NCBI GenBank assembly: GCA_028023455.1
Contig: JAQFVV010000005.1
Coordinates: forward strand, 17,794,001 to 17,858,000
Reading direction: 5' to 3'
DNA from: Epiperipatus broadwayi
Lineage: Eukaryota; Animalia; Onychophora
DNA: 64,000 bases
Both the position numbers and the translations under genes were made by a program. Of the stretch, positions 13,798 through 24,805 are shown in pieces. Each line of letters starts with the position of its first letter. The first letter of the stretch is position 1. The notes below the pieces were generated by a model that worked only from the letters and a program-made list of their open reading frames with translations, had not been told where the DNA came from and did not search any database.

Positions 13798-14132
13798 GCT
13801 GTATTTTTACATTGGACTATTTCCATCATCCAATATGTGTGTTGAATGTCTTTAGAAAAGTTTAATTTTTATTTAAATATTCTAAATACATTCAACTGTT
13901 AGTAATATCACAGCAAACAGGTTAGTATATGCATTAACCTGTTTGCTATGATATTATTAACAGTTGGTGCATATACTAACATGTTTGCTGTGATATTACT
14001 AACAGTTGAATGTATTTGGAATATTTAAATAAAAATTAAACTTTTTTAAAGACATTCAACACATGTATTAGATGATGGAAATAGTTCAATATAAAAATAC
14101 AGCTAGAACACCATCATCACAAACTTTCAGGA
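13798..14132. mobile_element. Foldback insertion with 17-bp TSD
   Basis: Arms ~13795-13935 and ~13962-14105 are inverted; AAACATATAATTAACTA is duplicated at 13781-13797 and 14133-14149. Confidence 0.8.
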
Positions 14133-15061
14133 AAACATATAATTAACTAATTTCTTTCAAGCAAGTATTTACACATTTATCATTGATATATTTTAGCTTC
14201 TTCATCATTTACATAATTTTACAATTTTAGCTAATAGTTCTAATTTTGTAATAAAATCAAATTAAGCCAAATGAGAAGGCTCTGTAAACAATAGCAATAT
14301 TCAACATTTTAAAGATAATGTAACTTATAAATTTCTTGTAGAAATAATTCAAAAGTTGTGACATTCAACAATAAAATTATTACTTCAAAATAAATTTTAG
14401 ACATGATAAAACAAGCAAATTGAAAATTAATTATAGTTCTAGCAATACAATGATATCTTCAGTATAAATTTACTATTGTCTTATAGCATTGAGACAACAT
14501 GTTGCTTTCAGAATTTGGATATGCTGCTTTCAGAATTTAACACATTGATCAGAGCTTCTAATGATGTAGAAATGGAGATATTTGAAGTATGATGGAGAGG
14601 CCAAAGTTAAAAACCCAAACAGAAAACTATTTGAGCAATGCATGGTAACTTTATGAAAAAAAATTATACTGTAGAATTCTGATAAAGAAATGATGAAATC
14701 CAGAAGAAATGTATTTATCAGACCTTAAATAGAGTAAATCATGTAATAAATAATCAATTTGATGATTGACAATTAAACTGGGAGTATCTAATTAATTTAT
14801 GCAACCTAATTGATAAGACAAATGATTAAATTGCTAAATTAAAGATTCTGAAAATAAACTTTAATTAATTTATATTCTCTGTACAATAGACAAAATAATA
14901 ATTAAATATTTTATCATTGTTACAAAATAATTACTATTTAAAAATGAATTATTATAACAATAAATAATACTTTAATTCAAACATTTTTTTTAATATTCTC
15001 AGAATACTGACTTTGTAAAATGTTCTTTTATAAAAACGAATAGTCTTAAAATATATATACA

Positions 15062-15155
15062 TTTTTTTATGTGTCAAATCGTCGGCCGGGAAGCAAAACC
15101 TCAGACAAATGGTTGTAAGGTAGCAGTGCTAACCACTCGGCCACCAACACTTGAC
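15062..15155 (-). mobile_element. tRNA(Val-TAC)-like SINE
   Basis: A-box TGGCCGAGTGG, CTTACAA loop, degenerate B-box, poly(A) tail on the minus strand. Confidence 0.8.
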
Positions 15156-15776
15156 TATTCATAAAATATTAAAGATAAAAGTGTTAAATTTCTTGAAAAA
15201 TTATAATTTTTTTAACCATGAAGTTAAAAATAATCATCTTTTTTTTTCTTTCTTTTAATTCTAAGTAGAAATTAATTATAAATATTAAAATAACTTTAAA
15301 ATAACTAATCTAAAATTATTGGCTAAACTTTAAGATTTTCTAAAATAAAAACTTGATTAGAATACTACTAAATTAGCATTTAAGAACTTTACTTTGATAA
15401 CGAATTATTTAAATAACTGTAATTAATCATTTGTGTTTATTTAACTATTTATGTGTTGACTTTTTTGATAAATTACATTACGAATATAATTATATTTTTC
15501 CACACACTATGTTAAGAATAAGTTACTGGCTAATCCTAACATTTATAAGACTAAATAAACTTCACTGCTAAGTTAAAATTATTTAAATTTACTTACATAA
15601 ACTGATTTTAAATATTAATATTTATAATTGAAACACACAGGCTTATTATATACCTGTGTTTATATATGTAATATATAGGGTATATGAGCACAGACTTTTA
15701 CACGACCCACCACTCTCCCCACTATCTCATAACACTGATACACTTGAACACATATATGTTGAAAAGATAAATAATC

Positions 15777-15820
15777 ACCAATATAGGTATTTCATGCTAA
15801 ACCAGCAATCATCAGTTGGT
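15777..15820 (-). ncRNA. Hammerhead ribozyme, family A
   Basis: Reverse complement ACCAACUGAUGAUUGCUGGUUUAGCAUGAAAUACCUAUAUUGGU; intact core, one change in the stem III palindrome. Confidence 0.85.
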
Positions 15821-16054
15821 CCAGATTACCATCTCTACACATATATGCTATAAGTGCTCAGATATATATTAAGATAGCCAATCTTCATACTTTAATGGCC
15901 AGGCTTCAATCTACTCCACACTCCAACTCTTCAACCGTCCATTCAATTGAAAATCTGATGATGGAATGCTCAAAGGCCATTAAAGTATGAGGATTGGCTA
16001 TCTTAATATATATCTGAGCACTTCTAGCATATATGTGTAGAGATGGTAATCTGG

Positions 16055-16098
16055 ACCAACTGATGATTGCTGGTTTAGCATGAAATATGTATATTGGT
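16055..16098 (+). ncRNA. Hammerhead ribozyme, family A
   Basis: ACCAACTGATGATTGCTGGTTTAGCATGAAATATGTATATTGGT. Confidence 0.88.
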
Positions 16099-16523
16099 GA
16101 TTATTTATCTTTTCAACATATATGTGTTCAAGTGTATCAGTGTTATGAGATAGTGTGGAGTGTGGCGGGTCGTGTGAAAGTCTGTGCTCATGTACCCTAT
16201 ATATTACATATATAAACACAGGTATTTAATAATCCTGTGTGTTTCAGTTATTGCATAGTAGAGATGTCTGCCCATCCCTTGTATTAAATGGATTATGTCC
16301 TGTGTATGAGGGGTCAGATTGACCTTAGGTCAACATGGGTGTGACAATAATCTTGGCCTTAGGGTGGCCTTTGAGCATTCCATCATCAGATTTTCAATTG
16401 GATGGACAGTTGAAGAGTTGGAGTGTGGAGTAGATTGAAGCCTGTTCATTAAAGTATGAGGATTGGCTATATTAATATATATCTGAGCACTTATAGCATA
16501 TATGTGTAGAGATGGTAATCTGG

Positions 16524-16567
16524 ACCAACTGATGATTGTTGGTTTAGCATGAAATACGTATATTGGT
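16524..16567 (+). ncRNA. Hammerhead ribozyme, family A
   Basis: ACCAACTGATGATTGTTGGTTTAGCATGAAATACGTATATTGGT (stem II C-G changed to a U-G wobble). Confidence 0.88.
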
Positions 16568-16900
16568 GATTATTTATCTTTTCAACATATATGTGTTCAA
16601 GTGTATCAGTGTTATGAGATAGTGGGGAGAATGGTGGGTCATGTGAAAGTCTGTGCTCATATACCCTATATATTAATAATAATAAATATAATTAAGTTAG
16701 CTCACAAAATGACTTATCATTATTATAATAGTAATAGCATTTACTTGACAAAATAAATTATGTAATTTTTTTTTTAAATACACTGTCACAAAACTTAACA
16801 TGAAGTTCTGTAGCCAGAACTTAAAAGTTACAATATATATATATATCAAAACTACCCCAAATCTAAAATTAAACCAGACCAGAATAAAAATTTTATTTCT

Positions 16901-17374
16901 TTGCCATTTAAATTGTCTTCTTATAAAATTGTGTGTAGAAATAGTAAATTGTTTGGAAATAAGAAAATTGCTTGGAAAAGGGGTGTTACATTGAATAATT
17001 TATTAAATAATACAAAAGAAGTTTTTGATAGAAAGACTATTCCTGGTGTGGTATATTTTATTCCTTGTTTATTTTGTAAGAAGGTTTACATAGGTCAGAG
17101 TAGTTTGAGTTTAAATGAAAGAGTAAAGGTTCATAAAAGTAGAGTTAAAAATAGATATCTTAGTTCTGCTTTGTATGTCCATGAAAAAGATACAGGCCAC
17201 ACTATTGATTTTGATGAAGCTAAGGTTGTCTTCTTTGAGAGAAATGAAATCAAAAGAAGAATTAAAGAGTCTTTATTATTGAAAATTTATTATTCTGAAG
17301 CAATTAACTTATTTAAGAGTTCTTTTAATATTAAGGGTGGATGGGAAGTGAATGGATTTGTGGGTAGTTTTTAA
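16901..17374 (+). CDS. Penelope-type GIY-YIG endonuclease domain (open frame, 5'-truncated, no true start)
   Basis: PGVVYFIPCLFCKKVYIGQSSLSLNERVKVH...SALYVHEKDTGHTIDFDEAKVV...RRIKESLL...AIN matches the PLE GIY-YIG signature with the CxxC motif. Confidence 0.9.
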   Translation: MPFKLSSYKIVCRNSKLFGNKKIAWKRGVTLNNLLNNTKEVFDRKTIPGVVYFIPCLFCKKVYIGQSSLSLNERVKVHKSRVKNRYLSSALYVHEKDTGHTIDFDEAKVVFFERNEIKRRIKESLLLKIYYSEAINLFKSSFNIKGGWEVNGFVGSF

Positions 17375-17417
17375 TAGTATATATAATGTGTGGTTTTTTT
17401 TTTTTTTTTATTTCTTT

Positions 17418-17461
17418 ACACTTGAGAAGTCTGCTTGTAGCAGTGAAACCTTAGGTTGTGT
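17418..17461 (+). ncRNA. pLTR hammerhead with U3:A8 core
   Basis: ACAC-UUGAGAA-GU CUGC UUGUA GCAG U-GAAA-CC UUA GG-UU-GUGU; all three stems pair. Confidence 0.75.
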
Positions 17462-17551
17462 TTTAATATTATTTTTATTCTGGTCTGGTTTAATTTTAGA
17501 TTTGGGGTAGTTTTGATTTTATATTGACTAGTTTAGCTTTAGGCTTGTAAT

Positions 17552-17590
<39 letters not shown>

Positions 17591-17679
17591 CCTAAGATAT
17601 AAGAATATATATATATATATTACAATATATATATATTCTTGGCTTAACTAATGTAAAAAGGAAATATCTGTATCTCCCA

Positions 17680-18290
17680 CTGAGCTATGTAAACATCAAT
17701 CAAATATGAAAAGATAAAAATGATACTAATCTATTTTTTGTAGCTTTGTTGGCATTTAGGCTTAGTTGATTAACAATGTTTTAAATTAGAGAGTAAAATT
17801 TTCTATTATTTAATTTTATATACAGAATAAACAATCTGAAATCAATAGGTATTCAGGAGATCAAGGCAGTGGCCAGTTTTAACAATCTCCAAATATCAAA
17901 CATGTCAATTTTAATAAATATAAGAATAAATATTAATAGCTTATTATATGGAATTAGGATATCTAAATGTCAATCAACTATGAAAAGATAGCATGATATC
18001 AATCTATTCTCTAGCTTTATTGATATTTAAGCTCAGTGAAAACTTGTTCCAATTACATATAGTTAAGCTATGAATATTTATTAAGTCAACTGAGCTTAAA
18101 TACCAACAAAGCTGAAGGATAAATTGGTTTCATTCTATATTTTCATAATTTATTAATGTTTACATAGCTATGGGAGAAGTTCATTTACAACAATTTTAAT
18201 TACTTATAGTTAAACAAGCTTAAATATCAACAAAACCTAAAAAATAAATTGTTTCTATCTTTTCATATATATATATGACTATTAGAAACC
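17680..18290. repeat. Degenerate cluster of inverted and direct repeats
   Basis: AGCTATGTAAACAT...GCTTTGTTGG (17680-17770) is inverted at ~18060-18170; related units at ~17970 and ~18210. Confidence 0.5.
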
Positions 18291-18299
18291 ATTTAACAC

Positions 18300-18480
18300 T
18301 TATCCCAATGTAGATAACAATCAACAATCTCAAACTGTTGTCAAGGCAACCTCCTTTTAATAATAAAGGTGGAATCCCATCTTTATTTATGGTCCCCTAT
18401 ATTTATATAGGCATTAAAGATTGCAACTTGATCACAGAGATTGAAATTATTGATACAAAGAAGTTTAAATAAACCACCTA
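18300..18480. repeat. Repeat family I (second copy 47100-47285), downstream of a minus-strand PLE endonuclease remnant
   Basis: Shared ACAATCAACAATCTCAA...AATAAAGGTGGAATCCCA(T/C)CTTTATT hairpin...GATACAAAGAAGTTTAAATAA. Confidence 0.75.
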
Positions 18481-18699
18481 CATATATATTCATAGTATTA
18501 TTTCCAGAAACTTTCACATAGTAAAAAATGTAATAGCTAAATGGCTGACATTTTAGTACAATAATAAGTACTTTTCTCAAAGCTTCTTTTCTTAAATTAT
18601 AAGAATGTGAGTGGTGAGATTTAAAATTATTTTTTTCCTTTGTTATTTTCTCCTCATTCTCAAAGTCTATTGGTTGAGAAATTTTAAAAAATATTTTAT

Positions 18700-19200
18700 C
18701 CTCCAATAGCTTTTTCGAAATATTGTTAATTTCCTTCAATTCATACTTTTCGTTTATGTTCTTAGGTCTTTTTGCTTCCCTTCACAGTCTTTGGTCATAT
18801 TGTTCAATTTTTGCCAGAATATATGTTTTATTAAAATTGATGTCTCGATTAGTTAATTTAAGGTGTGAATAAATGCCTGATGAATTGAATTCTTCTATAA
18901 CTGCCAAAATGTATTCTTTCTTTCTTATATTTATTCTATGATTGGTCTGTCCAATGTATGAATGTGCACAAATTCCACATGGAATTTACACCATGAAACT
19001 CCAAAGGAGTTTTATCTCTGAGTGTTGAAATATTTCATAAACTGTGTGGAAATTATTTTTCTTTAAAACATTACCAATTTTATCAGTGGCAGAACTGTCT
19101 TAATTTCAGAAGCATCAAAATCTTTTTTCTTATTAAATAAAAAAGCCCTATTAATAATCCTGCGATCAAACCATTATGAAGAAGCATTTCTAATAGCAGA
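18700..19200 (-). mobile_element. Decayed Penelope GIY-YIG endonuclease fragment
   Basis: Minus strand IPCGICAHSYIGQTNHRINIRKKE...SSGIYSHLKLTNRDINFNKTYILAKIEQYDQRL.REA. Confidence 0.85.
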
Positions 19201-19293
19201 AAAATTAATGCCTAAGGCAATATATAATATAAGAATAGGCAAGTAAATAATAATTACAGTGAGACAAAATAAGCATAAATTAATTTATTAATC

Positions 19294-19333
19294 TGCTAAA
19301 CCAGGCTTTCGACACAGTTTCTTTGTCAAAGCA
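19294..19333 (-). ncRNA. pLTR hammerhead, family C, U3:A8 core
   Basis: UGCU-UUGACAA-AGAAACUGUGUC-GAAA-GCCUGGU-UU-AGCA; stem I UGCU/AGCA. Confidence 0.6.
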
Positions 19334-20447
19334 CCACTGAGGGGAGTTAGCAAAATGTATCAGCATTTCCACCTGCATGTAGAGGTAATTAAATTGGTTG
19401 TTGATTGTAATAAATTTGCATGTTTGCATTATAATAGCTGTAAGGGCAAATTGAAAAAGCTTTGCCTATGTTCTCAAATTGAATGACTAATGTTTATTGA
19501 GGGGAGTGCTATTAGCTCTACTGTTTATTGCATTGACAGTACTGATTATGTGCCAAGCTTCCTTGACTTTCTTTTCATGTAATTTTTTTCAAGACAAAAC
19601 AATCTAAATGATGGCCTGCAATTTTCTCATGTTCAATAAATATTGAGCTATATAAAGTGTTATATTTAGCTTTGCTATGAAGATACATGCATTAAGATAT
19701 TCTTGATTTCAAATTGGAATGTGTTTCACCATAATATAAACCACTGCAAGATAGGCAGTCTAAGGCTTATACCAGTTGTGCTTTGTTATCATTGCTGATT
19801 TTGTCTTTAGAGTTATTGATGAGTCTGTTGAGGAATAGAAGGCATCTAAAGCTGATGTTAAAGTCTTTAGATAGAATTAATGTTAAATTTTGAATGTATA
19901 TTTGCAATGTATAGCATATTATTCCAAGGTTTGGGATTAGAAGGCCTATTGTATTAGCATAGTGGCAGAATAGCCAACTTTGATCAAAGTCCTAAGATTC
20001 TAAATCATTTTTAGTGTCAGCTATAAATTTACAGAGTTTAGAGTCTCTAAACAAAAAGGCTTTAAAGACAGCTATTTCATACTGAGGTAAAAATCTTTAA
20101 AAAGGCTTTAAAGACAGCTATTTCAGACTGAGGTAAGTGATGGAGTGCTGATTTTCCTCATCTTACACCTTACATATAATTTCTGGAAATTGTTTGAAGT
20201 TTTTGAACATTTTGTGAATCATATTAGAGGAAGTGCAGACAAAAAACATCATTGACATATCTAGTGTAGATTACAATTCCATGAACTTTCAAAGGAGATT
20301 GGATAACATTCTTTTCAATGGAGACCACAGCAAAACTACATATTACACTGCTAATGGATAAACCAATAGGCCACTTTGTGGTCATGGTGAAAATTCATCT
20401 CTGAATGTGATGTGCAAGTTGTCATTAATCCACCATAACCCATCTAT

Positions 20448-20932
20448 TAAGCATCACATGATCACATCTCCTATACTAGCACATTAATTGTTGATAAACA
20501 GAGCAAAACTCTCCATACAGTATTGCCACCTGTGCTAAACAGAGCTGCCTAATAGGATAGTGGTGGATATGGTTGTAAAAGAGCCAAAGATACCAAAATG
20601 TGCTGAACTGAGTTCAGACCCATATGACTATATAAGCTATTGAGCTTAGATTGAAATCATTTTTTGTGTTTTCAATTTCATTCTCATAGTTTTGTAGTTA
20701 AGTAGAGATAAAAGGTGGTTGCTAGAGGGTTGCATTAGATCCTAAGATCTAGATGCAGTGCTCTCAGATCCAAAGCTCCTCACTGACAAAGGCCACAAGC
20801 CAGAAACTAGTCTGGGGATATTGGATGAGTATGCATTAGATAAGCCTTATTTTATGCACAAGCCTTCTGGCATCCATTGATTACTCTGTTTAGCACAGGT
20901 GGCAATACTGTATGGAGAGTTTTGTTCTGTTT
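20448..20932 (+). mobile_element. Family B hammerhead retroposon inserted into the Penelope RT
   Basis: 13-bp TSD ATAACCCATCTAT (20435-20447, 20933-20945); ~50-bp inverted copy of its own 3' end at 20485-20535; terminus CTGTATGGAGAGTTTTG. Confidence 0.88.
20777..20818 (+). ncRNA. Hammerhead ribozyme, family B (G8A, probably inactive)
   Basis: UCCUCA-CUGACAA-A GGC CACAA GCC A-GAAA-CUAG-UC-UGGGGA; palindromic ACUAGU stem III. Confidence 0.75.
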
Positions 20933-22196
20933 ATAACCCATCTATAATAAATTGTGACCTCTTGTCAATAATTGTACTCTGTTTTAATAGCTCTTAATGA
21001 TATAGATAGACCAGGTTCTATTAACAGAACTATAAAGCTTGGTAACATTGAATGAAGCAATTCTGTAATCTCTATGAATATTTCCATTTAAATAATGTTA
21101 ATGAAGTTGAATGATGGTTTGATTGTTAAAGATCCAAATATGAATACAAAGTGGATCCACTCTGTAATCATTTTTGTTGAGACATTGTAATACATACCAC
21201 CAAAGTTGACTATAGATTTTAATGGATAATTCTTCTTGTGGAGCTTTATGTTGGCAAATATATGGGATGTGATGGTGGTAGAGAAATATATTCTTAGATA
21301 GTCAATATGCATGAATGATTTGTTGCCATGTTTTCTTAAAATGCAAGAAATGAATTTATCTTTTTGTCTTTTGAGATTATAGTCAACGATTTGCTTAAAT
21401 TTAAGTATAAAAATTTGATTTTGTATTTTTTCAAATAAACTGTCCTCTTTAATAACAAGAAGTAGTTGCTTTTGTCTTCTTTAGGGCAGATGATGTTATT
21501 GTTTGTAAGAAATTCATTGAGTTTTTAAACTTGTTTGTTCCAGTAATTACTAGAAAAAGAACCATAACAATGATTGAGCAGAAAGTTGGAATTTTTTATA
21601 ATCAAGCCTTTGTTTGGATTTTTATCCAGCATGCACTTGAAATTTGCCACCAGAACCATTTGAGGGTTGTGTTACCCACCACCAACAAAATGTGGGCTGA
21701 GTTACAATAAAAAGATTTGCAAGTGAGAGAATTCATCCTCTAAAAAGTTGACAATATTTGAAGAGTTTGCTATGTCAGGCAGTAACATGCCCTGTTTCGC
21801 AGCTAAGAAGGTGAGTTTTTCTGAGTACTTTCTATTTAGTTTACCATATAAGACATCTAATCTATATAAAATCTCTCATGGAGTTGAAAATTAAAGGTCT
21901 AAGGTTCTACAACTATGTCTACATTTTTTGAGTTGTGCTTTAGTATTTTTGATTATAAATTTAAAAGGTGAATTCTAAGAGAAAATACTGCAGTGCTGAA
22001 ATTTTTGATTGACTGGTTGATTACAATGTCATAACATCTTAGAAAGATTTTATATTTGAGACACAACTGAAAAAATTTTAGTCATGTTTTCAGTTGAATG
22101 TTTGTTTTATTCAATTTTAAAACTAGCACATATATACAATAGTGGACCATTAATAATTGAGCTCAAAATATGTAAAATTAAAAAACTTGGCACTTG

Positions 22197-22238
22197 TGCT
22201 TTGACAAAGACACTCCGTGCAGAAAGCCTGGATTAATA
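22197..22238 (+). ncRNA. pLTR hammerhead, family C (eroded), U3:A8 core
   Basis: TGCT-TTGACAA-AGACACTCCGTGCA-GAAA-GCCTGGATTAATA; partner of 19294-19333. Confidence 0.45.
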
Positions 22239-22469
22239 GATTAATAAATTTATTTTATGCTTATTTTGTCTCACCATAATTGTTATTTACTTGCTTACTT
22301 GTATATTATATATATGTCAGTGATGAAGCATGATTTTTTTTAGGAACAGAAGCATACTTCTTTTTTTTATAATGTTTTTATTTCACTTGCCACAACAATG
22401 TTTATGTAATAGTGCCTAATATATATATATATAGAAAAATCTGAAACTCTTTTATCTGTAAATCAGAGA

Positions 22470-22885
22470 ATATATTATCAATATATTTTAATCTTCAAAA
22501 TACTTTTAGCATTCTTAAAAGTTCTAACTGTAAATTAGATCTTAGCATTGTTTGAGTTTCTTATAATTAACTGAGAATGCATTAGTCAAGTTCATTATTT
22601 GCGTATATAAAAACAATTAAATTGTTGGTAAAAAAAATTGAAAGTCAACAGTAATTCCATAGAAAAAAATAATGAATTTGAATTTCTCATTCTAATCAGA
22701 CTGTGATAAGTTTAAATATAATATATTTTTATCTTGCAAATCCTTTTAATATTCTTAAAAGTTTTAACTGTAAATTAGATTTTAGCATTGTTTGAACTTT
22801 CTTATAATTAACCGAGAATGTGTTAGTCAAATTCATTCTTTGCGTATACAAAAACAATTCAACTGTTGATAAAAAAATTGAAAAT
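22470..22885. repeat. Imperfect tandem duplication, ~245-bp period
   Basis: ATTCTTAAAAGTT.TAACTGTAAATTAGAT.TTAGCATTGTTTGA...TTGCGTATA.AAAAACAATT occurs twice. Confidence 0.8.
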
Positions 22886-22989
22886 GAATTTTTTAAATTG
22901 AATTTTAATTAAAGCTTTTAAAAATTTTAATGAATTTTTCTATGGAAGCACTCGTTCCGTTCAAATACGTGGATGCTTCATCCCTGATA

Positions 22990-24000
22990 TATATATATAT
23001 TGTAATTTAAAAAAGGAATGGAAACAGTTACTGATGAAATACTTGACTAAGTTTTAAAATATGATGGTGATATGCTGGCTCCAAAAACATTGGAATTTTT
23101 TAGGAAAATATGAACCCAAGAAATTATGCCATCTGATGTTAATAATGCTTCTATTGTTCCAGTTTTTAAAAATAAAGGGAATAGATACAATTGCAACAAT
23201 TATCTTGCAATATCATTATTATTCACTACAGCGAAAATACTTTTCCAGAATTTTGCTGAATAGATTGCTTCCAATTATAAATGAATGATTATTGGAGATT
23301 CAATGTAGTTTTAGAAAATTAAGAAGCACTATGGACATGGATTTTGTTGCTAGGCAAATGCAAGAAAAAGGTTTAGAAGCATGTGAATGATTTATATATT
23401 TGTTTAACCAAGGCATTTGATTCAGATAATACTACATGTCTACAGCATTATTTGAAATTAATTGATTGTCCACCAAAGTTTATTCCTATTATATAGCTTC
23501 TATATGATAGAATAAGTGGAAGTGATAGAATGAGAAGTAGAAAATCTGAGCATTAAAAATAAAAACTGGTATTAAAGAAAGATATATATTTACTCCATCA
23601 TTGATTTCAATTTTTATAACAGTTGTCTTTAAAACTGTTTATAGATGGTTTAATGAAATAAAAATGTAATACAGGGAAAACTTTTTAATTTGAATGAATT
23701 AAATACAAAAATATCATCTTCTTGAATTCTAAATTTATAGTATACTGAAAATTGTTGTATTTTTTCAATTTAAAAACTGATCTACGGAATATACTTCATG
23801 TTTCAATGCAACACATAAAGAATTTGATTTAATAATTAATGTTCAAAAAAACTCAAGTTCTTTACCACCCAGTCATAGAAAAAAATTCTCAGCAACTTTT
23901 AGTTTGAATAGTTACCCAGTTGAGAATGAAACCAATTGAAATCTCTTGGTAATCTTTATAAGTAGAAGAATGTGTGATTTGGTAACCTAAAACACATCTA
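22990..24000 (+). mobile_element. Decayed RTE-clade RT
   Basis: KGNRYNCNNYLAISLL..., RILLNRLLPIINE.LLEIQCSFRKLRSTMDMDFVARQMQEK are diagnostic RTE RT N-terminal motifs. Confidence 0.85.
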
Positions 24001-24461
24001 TTTTCTCTAACCCAGCAATTCCCTCCCTCATTTTCAGGTGATTGTGCAAGGAATTATAATATAGGAAATCAAACTATATCTCATTTCAGAGAAAAATAAT
24101 AAAGTTATATATTTATTGTAAAACAAATGAAAATGAATAACAGAGAATGACACCCTATAAGGTGAAATAAGATTGGTTTTATAGATATTGAGATACTCAG
24201 AGATTCTTCTAACTCACTAAAAAAGTTATTCAACAACTATTCCATTCTTGAATTCAAAAGATGTGCCCATCATCAGCAGAATTTTCTAAGAAAAAAATAT
24301 CTTTTTAAAACTTTACAGATCTTATAATAATTATATAAACCAAAATTCATATACAGGCAAAACTCTCCATACAGTAGTGCCATTCAGTGCCAGCTAGAGT
24401 AATAAATAAATGCCAGAAGGCTTGTGCTTAAAATCCCCATCTAGTGCCTACTCATCCAATA

Positions 24462-24503
24462 TCTCCAGACTAGTTTCTGTTTTGTGGCCTTCGTCAGTGA
24501 GGA
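24462..24503 (-). ncRNA. Hammerhead ribozyme, family B (stem II damaged)
   Basis: UCCUCA-CUGACGA-AGGCCACAAAACA-GAAA-CUAG-UC-UGGAGA. Confidence 0.7.
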
Positions 24504-24765
24504 GCCTTGGATCTGAGATCACTGCACCCAGATCTTAGGATCTAATGCAACCCTTCAGCAGCCACCTTTTATCTCTATTTAACTACAAAACTACGAGAAT
24601 AAAATTGAAAATACAATAATATTTTCAATCTAAGCTCAACAGCTTATATAGTCATATGGGTCTGAACTGATCTCATAGTTTTGTAGTTAAATAGAGATAA
24701 AAGGTGGCTGCTGGAGGGTTACATTAGATCCTAAGATCTAGCTGCAGTACTCTCAAATCCAAAAC

Positions 24766-24805
24766 TTCTCACTGATGAAGGCCAAGCCAGAAACTAGTCT
24801 GGGAA
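24766..24805 (+). ncRNA. Hammerhead ribozyme, family B (intact)
   Basis: UUCUCA-CUGAUGA-A GGC CAA GCC A-GAAA-CUAG-UC-UGGGAA; stem I shows a compensatory U-A versus C-G in the 20777 copy. Confidence 0.88.

Larger units (their letters stand above)
15627..16670. mobile_element. Family A array: inverted arm (15627-15980) plus ~1.5 tandem 469-nt monomers (15978-16670)
   Basis: HHR-to-HHR spacing 16055 to 16524 is 469 nt; the junction uses GGCCA microhomology. Confidence 0.9.
16845..17517 (+). mobile_element. 5'-truncated Penelope-like element with inverted 47-bp tail
   Basis: Perfect 47-bp inverted repeats at 16845-16891 and 17471-17517 bracket a GIY-YIG ORF and a downstream hammerhead. Confidence 0.9.
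19225..22320 (-). mobile_element. Near-full-length decayed Penelope-like element with inverted terminal pLTRs
   Basis: In order on the minus strand: NNNIICPKEDKSN (~PADKGN), KLHKKNYPLKSIVN, IASFNVTKLYSSV (RT motif 3), PIGLSISSVIC (motif 4), RYVNDVFC (motif 5), EENQHSITYL, then LVYALDCLSCSGLYYGETHSNLKSR (GIY-YIG). 19225-19345 is inverted-homologous to 22190-22320. Confidence 0.88.

Noticed and set aside
18320-18360. TTGACAA in repeat family I as a fifth U3:A8 hammerhead
   Set aside because: No GAAA after the hairpin, and the second copy reads TTGACAG.
24245-24285. Minus-strand CTGATGATGGG...GAATTC
   Set aside because: No GAAA and no stem III.
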